Shown in pieces: positions 1-8,024 of a stretch of 30,671 nt of DNA (position 1 is its first letter; each line of letters begins with the position of its first letter). The DNA comes from Oligoflexus sp. Its GTDB lineage: Bacteria; Bdellovibrionota_B; Oligoflexia; Oligoflexales; Oligoflexaceae. The stretch is taken from NCBI GenBank assembly GCA_041736305.1, contig JBGSTX010000083.1, positions 1 to 30,671 on the forward strand. The letters are read 5' to 3'. The notes beneath the pieces are model-generated. The model worked only from the letters and a program-made list of their open reading frames with translations. It had not been told where the DNA came from and made no database searches. The translations under genes were made by a program, and so were the position numbers.

Positions 1-3000
1 CACTCCCTTAAAATCCAGCTGGCGAACCACACCGATCTCATACATATCACGGATGGCTTCGATTTCTGAGTGGCCGTGATGGACTTTGGTAAAACCCTGA
101 GTGGCATCCAATCCGCAGTAGTTGATCAGGACTGTCGCGCCGCCCGGATGCATCCCGATAAATTCAGTGATGTTGTAGACGACATTGTCGATGATCATCC
201 AATAGCCTTTCAGCCTGTTGTTGTGATCGACTACGGTAGAGATATCGTACTGGACTCGTTCCGTTTCCCAAGCGCGGGCATGCGTGAACACTTCCTGCAT
301 GAAGCGACCTTCGGCTGCCGTTTCGCAAAGACTCTGATGAGCAGCTTTGAGACGGGCCGCTGGAGAACCGCTGAAGAAGCGGGAAAAGCCACGTTCAAGC
401 GCCTCTAGTATAGCCTTCGCAAAGCGCGTTCGGCCGCAAATATAAAGGTAGGCTCCCCTCCCACCGTCCTCGGGCTTTTGCAGCATAGTCCACAGTTGCT
501 GGATGGTATCTTCTCGGAGGAGCAGGTCCTGGATGTGGCAGCGAGGGGAAGATTCATAGGTGAACTTCCCATGATTCGCTGAGGACTTTTTAAAGACCGG
601 GCGCGTATCCTCTTGTGAAAAAATAACATCGAGTCGCAAGGAGCCTTGCGCGAGTCCTGGTATCAGATCATCTTGGTAGTAAAAGTAGTCCCGGGACGGA
701 AGTCCCAGCATGATCCACGCAGGGCCGCTCACCTTATCATGCATACGCGAAGCCAGAAAACTGCGGAAGGGAGCGAAGCCGGTTCCACCGGCTATCATAA
801 TCAGCGGGGTGCTGGGATCCTGCGGCAGACAAAAGCGCGGCGGATGATCGATGATAAAGGAGATGAGGTTCTTGCTGCCGTTGCTGGTTGCGAGAAAGTT
901 GGACGCAGTACCGAGACGCTCGGTAGGACCGTCGTCGCCTTCTGCCTGATAGCGCACCCGGCCCACGGTCAGATGAATTTCGCTCGCCGTTGCCTGAGTT
1001 TCCATGGCCGACGAGATTGAATACATACGAAACTGTTCAGGTGGAACGACCCGCGCAATGTGAGCGGGCGAGTGATAATCGCTCCGCCAAAGGCGAGAAG
1101 GGTCGAAGCCGTCTTTCTTCAAAAGCAATAAGAGGTCCCAGAGCTCCCAGCGAGCTGTGTTCTGATTTTTGATAGCATGAGCCAGAGTCTTGTTCTGAGT
1201 CAGAGCGTGCAGGGCTTCGGCCAGACGGGGCACGACCGGACGAATCTTCGCAAAGCGGAGAAAGGTGCGAAGATTGAGGCTATTGCTAGCCTCGTAGCCC
1301 GAGCGTAAGTGGGCTGCCTGCACCCACTCTTCGGTTAAGAGAATCAGATCATCGCCGGTGGATTCGAGAGCAGCTAGGGTCTTTTCGATCAGTTCTTCGG
1401 AGTTTTCTGGCAGAATGCCGCAGCGATCGCCTGGGGCGTAGCGTATCCCCGCACCCGAAACATCGATCACGACGTGCTTAACGTTCTGGGGACCAGAGAG
1501 ATGCGTCTGCCCCACCGATTTGATAATTCCGTAGTGGCAGCGACTAGGAAATGATTCGAGACGCTCGAGTCGTGAATACTCCAACTCAGCATCGACCTGT
1601 TCCCAGGTACGGTCTTTGAACACGCCCGAAAAACCGCCGATCGTCACCGAACGGCCAACTTTGAAGGCGATTTCAAGGTAGCCAAAGACTTTCATGCGAT
1701 GCCGTCCCAGAAATCCGTTCCTGCCCGCATAGATTTCGAAAGCTTCTCGGAAGAGGCCCATGAGGCTTTCATCTTCCTTTTGACGAACATAATCCGGAAT
1801 GGAAATTTGGGCTGTGGCGTCGATGAAATCCTGCCAGAAAGCTGGGTAGGTACTCCTAAGCTCTTTGATCTCCTTACCAAGAAAGGTCGCGTGCTTTTTT
1901 CGACCAAAAAAAGTGTCGAGGAGGTTAAAGATGGGCGACGAGGTCCCACTCGGCCCTTGGACCCCGGGCTGCACCGGCACGGCAAAGGGTGCCACCGTTT
2001 TCGCCCAGACCACGGGATCTACATGACTCTCGGCTGCAGCATTGGGATTTATCTTGGGCAGCGCTTCGTGAACGACCCGGCTTAGACAGCGGATAATGAG
2101 GTTCAATTCATCGGCAAGGCCGAGCTTGTCATCGATGCGCACAGCTTCTTGGCTGCGGACGATAGCGCCGATGATGGGGGAGCAACGAGCTAATATTTCA
2201 GCTTGCGTCAGATAGAAATGCTGCTCTTCCTGATTGCTTACCGTAGGAATTAACAGTCGCATGTTTTCGACGCGAAAGGGGTCTTCGGCCTCAGGGTCAA
2301 TAAAACGCCAGTTATAGACGATCAGATCGATGTAGCTCAAGACCTCCTGTTCGCGCCCCAAGCGACGTCTAACGTCGGCCCAGGGTAGGTGCAATGCAGG
2401 TGCTAGTTTACTGGGTAGATCGGTTTCAACATAGGCATAGGCGTGCGAAAGCATCGCGAGCACTGCCCCAGCTCGCAAAAGATAGGTGTCAGCTAGGTGA
2501 TCTTCGCTGGCGTCGAGGGTAGGCATCGCCTCGATAGCCTTGCGCAAGTCCAGAGTGCGATAGAGTTCGGGAAGTTTGGCCACTATATCGTCCCAGATAT
2601 GGAAAGGCTCTGGCAGCTTGAGTCTGGGATTTTCGAGCGGCATGAATCCGCGAGAGAGTGAGAGCGATCCGAGATTTTCGTGGCCCAGCATGCGATTGAT
2701 GCGCTCGGCCTGGGTGATGACCGTGCGGGTAGGCACCTCTTCCCGCGGTTTTTTAGGGGAAGCGCGCTGGACCTGGGTGTTTCTTGAGAGGTCGAGCCGA
2801 TAGTCCATTTGGCCTACAAATTGGTACTCACGGTCGAATTCGTGGAGATAGTTGGTCAAATAGCGCTTCTGCCCATCGTTGATCAGACCTTTGAATATTT
2901 CTTCGAGAGATTCTTGCCCGGTACTCGAGTCCATTCTTTTGAGGAAAAAGAGAGTCATATCCTTAGCCGCAAAAAAATCCCGAATATAGGCATGTTCGGG

Positions 3001-3579
3001 TCGGGCCTTGCTCATATCGAAAACGGCACCGGCCAAAGCCGTATGGAAAGCTTGACTCTTAAGATCTTCTTTTGAAAAAATCCGTAAGGGACGAGTAGGA
3101 AAGTAGAAGGGTCTGAACACCGGGTCGGGCCTCACCTCGATCGCCTTGAGTCGGCGAATATACTGCGGGTCCAGATTCATCTGCTCGGCCCCTTTGAGCA
3201 GAATGTTAAGATAACGTCGGGAAGGTTGATAGCCTTCCTGCAGTCGTTCGCTGATACCAAGGTATACGTAAGCCGAGACGGAGCGTCCTGTATAGGTGGT
3301 AACCATCGTCTTGACCCGACGGTAGCTGACTCCCACAGCCTCCAGCTCGTCCAGCACTTCCAGCTGTTCGCTGCGGCAGGAATAGAGCACCCCGTGGACC
3401 ACTTCCCCTTCCGCCGCCTCGATGTTGCCAGTGCCACCCTCTATAAGGAAGAAGTCAGGAATATTGAAGGTCAGACGCCAGGCGTCAAGGATCGCCGGCT
3501 CGGCCGAAAGCGGGGTAACACCCTTGGCTTTCAACGATTTGACGTTCATATTGGAACCATAGCCGAAGTAATAAAACAT
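1..3579 (-). CDS. Large multidomain oxidoreductase, 3'-partial, >=1193 aa: GGCT + MAPR-like cytochrome b5 + IDO/PrnB-like heme domain + FAD/NAD(P)H (CPR/CysJ/FNR-type) reductase + cytochrome b5
   Basis: Translated by hand: ATG at 3579-3577 (in-frame TAG TAA just upstream), no stop down to base 1; absent from the ORF track. GGCT: MFYYFGYGSNM...LDELE...PSRRYLNILLKGA. b5-like: IFSKEDL...ALAGAVFDMS...FAAKDMT...EYQFVGQM. IDO-like: RGFMP...LSHAY...LPWADVRRRLGR...LSYIDLIVYNW...GPSGTSSP...RHRMKVFGYL...TIGG. Reductase: YAPGDRCGILPEN, RMYSISS, GTASNFL, AGGTGFAPFRSF, YLYICG, MQEVF. b5: WMIIDNVVYNITEFIGMHPGG...GLDATQGFTKVHH. Confidence 0.9.
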   Translation of the reverse strand, partial: MFYYFGYGSNMNVKSLKAKGVTPLSAEPAILDAWRLTFNIPDFFLIEGGTGNIEAAEGEVVHGVLYSCRSEQLEVLDELEAVGVSYRRVKTMVTTYTGRSVSAYVYLGISERLQEGYQPSRRYLNILLKGAEQMNLDPQYIRRLKAIEVRPDPVFRPFYFPTRPLRIFSKEDLKSQAFHTALAGAVFDMSKARPEHAYIRDFFAAKDMTLFFLKRMDSSTGQESLEEIFKGLINDGQKRYLTNYLHEFDREYQFVGQMDYRLDLSRNTQVQRASPKKPREEVPTRTVITQAERINRMLGHENLGSLSLSRGFMPLENPRLKLPEPFHIWDDIVAKLPELYRTLDLRKAIEAMPTLDASEDHLADTYLLRAGAVLAMLSHAYAYVETDLPSKLAPALHLPWADVRRRLGREQEVLSYIDLIVYNWRFIDPEAEDPFRVENMRLLIPTVSNQEEQHFYLTQAEILARCSPIIGAIVRSQEAVRIDDKLGLADELNLIIRCLSRVVHEALPKINPNAAAESHVDPVVWAKTVAPFAVPVQPGVQGPSGTSSPIFNLLDTFFGRKKHATFLGKEIKELRSTYPAFWQDFIDATAQISIPDYVRQKEDESLMGLFREAFEIYAGRNGFLGRHRMKVFGYLEIAFKVGRSVTIGGFSGVFKDRTWEQVDAELEYSRLERLESFPSRCHYGIIKSVGQTHLSGPQNVKHVVIDVSGAGIRYAPGDRCGILPENSEELIEKTLAALESTGDDLILLTEEWVQAAHLRSGYEASNSLNLRTFLRFAKIRPVVPRLAEALHALTQNKTLAHAIKNQNTARWELWDLLLLLKKDGFDPSRLWRSDYHSPAHIARVVPPEQFRMYSISSAMETQATASEIHLTVGRVRYQAEGDDGPTERLGTASNFLATSNGSKNLISFIIDHPPRFCLPQDPSTPLIMIAGGTGFAPFRSFLASRMHDKVSGPAWIMLGLPSRDYFYYQDDLIPGLAQGSLRLDVIFSQEDTRPVFKKSSANHGKFTYESSPRCHIQDLLLREDTIQQLWTMLQKPEDGGRGAYLYICGRTRFAKAILEALERGFSRFFSGSPAARLKAAHQSLCETAAEGRFMQEVFTHARAWETERVQYDISTVVDHNNRLKGYWMIIDNVVYNITEFIGMHPGGATVLINYCGLDATQGFTKVHHGHSEIEAIRDMYEIGVVRQLDFKGV

Positions 3580-3725
3580 GCCTGACCCTTACTAAAGAGG
3601 ACGAAAGCGCTCTATGCGATCTGCTTTTGCTTCTATTGTAGAGCCGATGGCCCTCGATTTTCTTCAGTAATTTCTAATTTCTGTCGGTGGGTAAGAAGTA
3701 GGAGCTTGTGATAAGTTTAAAAGGC

Positions 3726-3752
3726 TAAGATTTTCCCTAGAATATCCGATCA
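3726..3752 (+). promoter_or_regulatory. Putative sigma28 (FliA)-type promoter of the GST-like gene
   Basis: TAAGATTT-N11-TCCGATCA versus consensus TAAAGTTT-N11-GCCGATAA; ends 28 nt before ATG 3781. Confidence 0.45.
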
Positions 3753-3780
3753 TGTTTAAGTAAAGCAGAGAGGATGGCTT

Positions 3781-4650
3781 ATGCCACATAGAAAAAAATC
3801 ACCGATAGCGAGCACGAATCAAGCCGACTCAGGGGCGGGCCTGGCCTATGACTTCACCCTCTACCAGTGGCCGGCGAGCCGCTACACGGACAGCATCTAT
3901 GTCCGTTGCACTAAGGTTCACCGCTTGCTGGGCCTCTTGCAGCTGAAATACAGCGTAGCTGATGTCAGCCTTCCGAAAAGCGCCAACGAGTCTGAAATAT
4001 CTGATAAAGTCAATCCTCTGATGAAAAAGATCCCGATAATGAAAATCGATGGTGGCCAACTCGTCGAAGGAACTTCGAAGATTGTCCACGAGCTCCTGTT
4101 TCGCACAGGTTATAAGGGCTTTTTCCCCTCCAACCCTCTCGAAGAGAGAATGAGCTGGTTCATCGAGCATTGGGCTGAGCGCTGGCTAGTCTGGATGGTG
4201 ATCTACGGGCGCTGGTTTAAGGATGAGAATTACCTGAATTTTGTTAAGACCTTCACCGCGGCCCGCAACAACAGTGACATTCCACTGAGCATCAATTTCG
4301 TGCGGATGCGTGCAGTGCAGATTCTAAAATCTACGGAACTTGGTGGCCTTAAGCCAGGGCCTTATCTCCAGGAACTCCATGCAGGGGCGACGATGCTGGA
4401 TAAGATTCTGGCTCAAAACCAGTTCCTGCTCGGCCCCAAAATCAAAGAATGCGATCTGAGCATCTTCATGTCGCTGCAGTCGCTGCACGACCCTTCTCTG
4501 CGCGAAGAATCCCTGCTTCTTCGAGATTTCAAACATCTCATGCGCTGGCTGCAAGAAGTCGATGCCATGACCCAAACGGCTCACACCCGCCCGATTCCTT
4601 CTGGGCGCGACTGCGACGAGTTTATTCAGGCGAATGCCAAAACTGCTTGA
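3781..4650 (+). CDS. Glutathione S-transferase family protein (metaxin/FAXC-like subgroup)
   Basis: N-domain TLYQW...RCTKVHRLL...KIPIMKIDGG.LVEGTSKIV (cis-Pro loop, ES-like GT); C-domain LDKILAQNQFLLG...ECDLSIFMSL...HLMRWLQEV; RBS GAGAGGA. Confidence 0.75.
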   Translation: MPHRKKSPIASTNQADSGAGLAYDFTLYQWPASRYTDSIYVRCTKVHRLLGLLQLKYSVADVSLPKSANESEISDKVNPLMKKIPIMKIDGGQLVEGTSKIVHELLFRTGYKGFFPSNPLEERMSWFIEHWAERWLVWMVIYGRWFKDENYLNFVKTFTAARNNSDIPLSINFVRMRAVQILKSTELGGLKPGPYLQELHAGATMLDKILAQNQFLLGPKIKECDLSIFMSLQSLHDPSLREESLLLRDFKHLMRWLQEVDAMTQTAHTRPIPSGRDCDEFIQANAKTA

Positions 4651-4717
4651 GAAATGCTTGCTTCTAAGCTTTTCATCGGCTCATGGATTCTGTTATAAGC
4701 GCTATAAGGAGGTGGCC

Positions 4718-5161
4718 ATGGACACCCTCGCACTTATCGCTCACGACAGTCAAAAAGCGACTATGCTCGACTGGTCAAGGCGGCATTTACTCACACTAAA
4801 AAAGTTCAAGCTCGTGACGACGGGAACAACGGGTCAGATTCTCGCGGATCAACTCGGCTTAGATGTCAAACGCTTCCAGAGCGGGCCCTTAGGCGGTGAT
4901 CAGCAGATCGGAGCCGCGATAGTCGAAGGTAGCGTTCAAGGCATCATATTCTTTTGGGATCCACTCAGCTCGATGCCTCATGATCCCGATGTTAGGGCTC
5001 TCCTTCGTCTAGCCACCCTCTGGAACATTCCTATGGCCTGTAACGAGGCTTCCGCCGACTTTATTATGGGTTCCCCGCTCTGGGATTCAGGATATAAGCG
5101 GGAGGCGAAAATCGTCGCGCAGTACCTGCAGCAGCGAAGTCAGCTCTTCGTCAAGACCTGA
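4718..5161 (+). CDS. mgsA: Methylglyoxal synthase
   Basis: LALIAHD, TGTTG, SGPLGGDQQIG, FFWDPL..PHDPDV.ALLRLA motifs. Start re-called to ATG 4718 after AAGGAGG (track start 4634 overlaps the GST gene). Confidence 0.97.
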   Translation: MDTLALIAHDSQKATMLDWSRRHLLTLKKFKLVTTGTTGQILADQLGLDVKRFQSGPLGGDQQIGAAIVEGSVQGIIFFWDPLSSMPHDPDVRALLRLATLWNIPMACNEASADFIMGSPLWDSGYKREAKIVAQYLQQRSQLFVKT

Positions 5162-5163
5162 GA

Positions 5164-5949
5164 TTATCGCATAGCAGATTTGGCTTTTTCTATCGCCTTT
5201 GCGAGGGCGTCCTGGGTCAGCTCTTCCTCGGTCTGAGGGTTTTCTAGCTGAGGGAGCGAAGCTGCTAAAGCTTCGAGAGCAGGAAGTGCGCTTCTGGCCC
5301 TGAGTCTTCCCAATGATGATACTACGAAATACTGGATATAGGGCTCTGTGCTGCTTGCTGCGAGAATATCGAGTAAAGCGTCTTCGGCAGCCAGGGTCTG
5401 GATCTGGCCCATGGCTTCGATAGCATTGCTTCGGTTGAGATCCGCTTCAGCGTCTTCTTTATCCTTGGCTCGACCCGCGCTAAATCGTTGGTAGATCGCC
5501 TGAAGCTCATTGAGAGCAAAGCTTTTATCAGCCATATGGGGGGACGCGGCCGCTAGGGTAGCCAGACTTTTCATGACTTGAGCGAGCAGCAGACTATCCT
5601 GACTCGAGGCGAGCGCCGCGATCGACTTGAGGTGTTCGATTGCCCCCAGCTCTGTTAGCGCTTCTAGGGCGCTGTCCTGGACGATCACCGGGTGTCCTTC
5701 TTCGAGATAACGGAGGAGAAGCTCTTTATCTTTCTTAGTTTTGGCGACACTGATGGCAGCGAGCTCTTCCTGGGTGGAAGCGGTGTTTCCCGCTGCCTTT
5801 GGAGGCGGAGCGAGACTCGTGTCAGCCGCAGGTTTAGGCAGTTCGCTAGCTTTCTCTGGTGCGTTAGTAGGTGCTTCCTCGCTTTTGAAAAATTTAGCCC
5901 CGAAGCTAAGGCCGAGCAGCAAAGCGATCAGAATGCCAATCTTCTTCAC
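5164..5949 (-). CDS. Exported/membrane-anchored HEAT (PBS-lyase-like) repeat protein
   Basis: N-terminal MKKIGILIALLLGLSFG hydrophobic segment, P/A/E-rich linker, repeated helical units (VQDSALEALTELG, NAIEAMGQI, VVSSLGRLRARSALPAL); GTG start after AAGGAG, 15 nt after the lysozyme stop. Confidence 0.7.
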   Translation of the reverse strand: MKKIGILIALLLGLSFGAKFFKSEEAPTNAPEKASELPKPAADTSLAPPPKAAGNTASTQEELAAISVAKTKKDKELLLRYLEEGHPVIVQDSALEALTELGAIEHLKSIAALASSQDSLLLAQVMKSLATLAAASPHMADKSFALNELQAIYQRFSAGRAKDKEDAEADLNRSNAIEAMGQIQTLAAEDALLDILAASSTEPYIQYFVVSSLGRLRARSALPALEALAASLPQLENPQTEEELTQDALAKAIEKAKSAMR

Positions 5950-5964
5950 AGCAGTCTCCTTTGG

Positions 5965-6573
5965 CTAAGGTTTGCTGACGTTGGCTTGGTAGCGCTGCCA
6001 AGCTTCTTCGATGCTCCGGGTCGGCTGACCATAGGGTGAGCCGGGAAGTGAAGCCCAGACCTGGCCAAGGATTCCCATTGCTCTCTTGAAGCGGGGAAAA
6101 TCGTAAATCGCAGCGGTGTCGTTGACCTGCTTTTCTTTCATGAGGGCCCAGGCGCCTTCGTCTTGGTAGACAGGTTCAAAGGTCGGATAGCGATACTTGA
6201 GTGCGAGCTGTTCCCAGGTCGCCGCCAAGAATTGATAACGGCCTGCGGCTGTAGAGCAGAGACCGCTCGCACAAACTTTCATGCGTGGATGGTCGACGAA
6301 ACTGTCGAAAGTTTTATAGGCGAAGGTGTAGTAGTAGCAATCTCCGAGGCCTTCAGCCCAAGCAACTACGGAGAGGAGTGAAGGGGTTCCGATATCGCTT
6401 CCAAAATCTTTGACCGTGCTGCGAGCGACACTCTTGAGATTGCAATTGCGGAATTCAGCTGCGATCGGCAGGGGAGCTCGACTCTTCTGCTCGTCGCCTT
6501 CAGAATCTTCGCCGCAGGCGCTGAGCAGATGGGGACCGAGGATAAGAAACAATATTTTAAATATGATTTTCAT
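5965..6573 (-). CDS. Lipoprotein with phage-lambda-lysozyme-type muramidase/lytic transglycosylase domain
   Basis: Lipobox LLSAC; WAEG (catalytic Glu), STAAGRYQFL..TW, FEPVYQDEGA, WASLPGSPYGQP. Start re-called to ATG 6573 after AGGAG. Confidence 0.85.
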   Translation of the reverse strand: MKIIFKILFLILGPHLLSACGEDSEGDEQKSRAPLPIAAEFRNCNLKSVARSTVKDFGSDIGTPSLLSVVAWAEGLGDCYYYTFAYKTFDSFVDHPRMKVCASGLCSTAAGRYQFLAATWEQLALKYRYPTFEPVYQDEGAWALMKEKQVNDTAAIYDFPRFKRAMGILGQVWASLPGSPYGQPTRSIEEAWQRYQANVSKP

Positions 6574-6819
6574 ACGACTCCTGTCTTTGTTCGCCGAGGC
6601 TTGCAAGAATGGCAGCTCTTCCTAACACGGACCCCAGGCCCGCGAAAGAGACATTCTCAGTCAAAGCAATTTTGCCGCAAGTAAGGCGTACTAATGCTTT
6701 TTTTTAAGCGGGGTGTCATTTACCCAAGTAAAAATGACTTTACCAAATGGTACATTTTGTCCTAAAATTTCCGTTAAAATCAAATTCACACTTATCACAA
6801 TAGCGAAGGGGCGCGGTAA

Positions 6820-7254
6820 ATGGGCTTTATTCACGATCTGAACCTGTGGCTTACTTTTGAAATTGGTTCAGATGCTGTTATGACACCAGTGTACACAGGA
6901 CTTATCCTCCTAGCACTGGCCCTTGGCCTTAGCTACCTCCTCAAAGAGGAGAGCCCTTCGATGCTGGCGTCAAGACGGAGTAAGGCAATTTGCATGAGTC
7001 TCGGGATCACCCTACTTGGACTTTTCGCTATCTACATGCTTTCCATGCGCATCGATGATCGCTTGGCAGTGGCAGAGAAAATACGCCTGATCCGCATCAG
7101 AGGCGGAACGACAGCAGCGACTATCAGCAGATTAGCCCCGAGTGTGGGGATATTGACAGATAAATTTGCGTGGGTATGCGCTATGGAAAAAGATGCCTGG
7201 GACTGTGTTAAAAGCCGCGCTTACCTCTCAAAAACCAATGCACTCGTCCATTAA
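6820..7254 (+). CDS. Hypothetical membrane protein (two predicted TM helices)
   Basis: 144-aa ORF filling the gap between neighbours; hydrophobic stretches VYTGLILLALALGLSYLL and ICMSLGITLLGLFAIYML; GAAGGGG upstream. No family recognised. Confidence 0.55.
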   Translation: MGFIHDLNLWLTFEIGSDAVMTPVYTGLILLALALGLSYLLKEESPSMLASRRSKAICMSLGITLLGLFAIYMLSMRIDDRLAVAEKIRLIRIRGGTTAATISRLAPSVGILTDKFAWVCAMEKDAWDCVKSRAYLSKTNALVH

Positions 7255-7325
7255 ACCGGAGTATGTTTAATTGCGAATTTAAAGGGCTATAAAGCCGAGC
7301 AGCTGTTCGTCGCAGGAGAGTTCCA

Positions 7326-8024
7326 ATGTTAAGTCTCGGTGATCAGCTATGGGATCGGCTTTTCCAGCCAATAGATATCTATTGTGAACGGGTCGACGCC
7401 AGTTTCTTTTCGGAACCGCTAGGTCTTTTTTCTAACTTTGCTTTTCTACCGGCTGCTGTGGCGATCTTCTACTTTTCTCGCCGAGCCAGTTCACCTTTGA
7501 AGCAAAAAAGGCTGCGAATTCTGGCTGCTTTGGCTCTTCTCATCGGCATTGGCAGCGGCCTCTTTCATTCGACGCCCAACGCCCTGACGATGGCGGCCGA
7601 CGTCTTGCCGATCAGCGCGTTTGCGTTGGTTTTCATCATCTTCTTTTTCTCATTTCTTCGAGAGGAGGGGAGATTGATAGCCAAACCCTGCGCCATCGCG
7701 CTAGCCCTGATCTCTCTGCCAGGATTTATCGCAAGACTGGCTGATATGCCGAATGTCTTGGGTGGAGGTGAATTCTACTCGGGCCTTGGACCCGCGATGT
7801 TTTTCCTCTCCTACACCGATAAAGCGCCGGCCAGAAGGCGTCTACTCGCCGCTGGAGGAGTGCTTTTCCTCTTTGCTTTCGCCGCACGTACCCTCGATCT
7901 TTACCTTTGCAGCCAACTGCCGACCGGAACTCACTTTCTTTGGCATATCATCAATTCTGGTGTCGTTTTTGTCCTGGCCCTTGCCCTCTGGGTTTCACCC
8001 GACTTCACCGCTCAAAAAAGTTGA
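7326..8024 (+). CDS. Ceramidase-like (alkaline ceramidase/CREST superfamily) 7TM membrane hydrolase
   Basis: IDIYCER...SEPL..FSN, GIGSGLFHS (SxxxH), GTHFLWH (HxxxH); RBS AGGAG; 3' end overlaps the convergent MFS gene by 20 nt. Confidence 0.85.
   Translation: MLSLGDQLWDRLFQPIDIYCERVDASFFSEPLGLFSNFAFLPAAVAIFYFSRRASSPLKQKRLRILAALALLIGIGSGLFHSTPNALTMAADVLPISAFALVFIIFFFSFLREEGRLIAKPCAIALALISLPGFIARLADMPNVLGGGEFYSGLGPAMFFLSYTDKAPARRRLLAAGGVLFLFAFAARTLDLYLCSQLPTGTHFLWHIINSGVVFVLALALWVSPDFTAQKS

Noticed and set aside
2806-2808. ATG 2808 as the start of a separate IDO-reductase gene
   Set aside because: The frame is open upstream to ATG 3579 with no stop, and the upstream part encodes recognisable domains.
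70-3585. Short track ORFs in 70-3585 (e.g. 70-408, 646-1020, 1699-2085, 3226-3585)
   Set aside because: They are antisense or out-of-frame shadows of the single long minus-strand CDS 1-3579 and have no recognisable motifs.
5965-6573. Prophage lysis cassette
   Set aside because: No holin, spanin, integrase or structural genes; the lysozyme has a lipoprotein signal and ordinary chromosomal neighbours.
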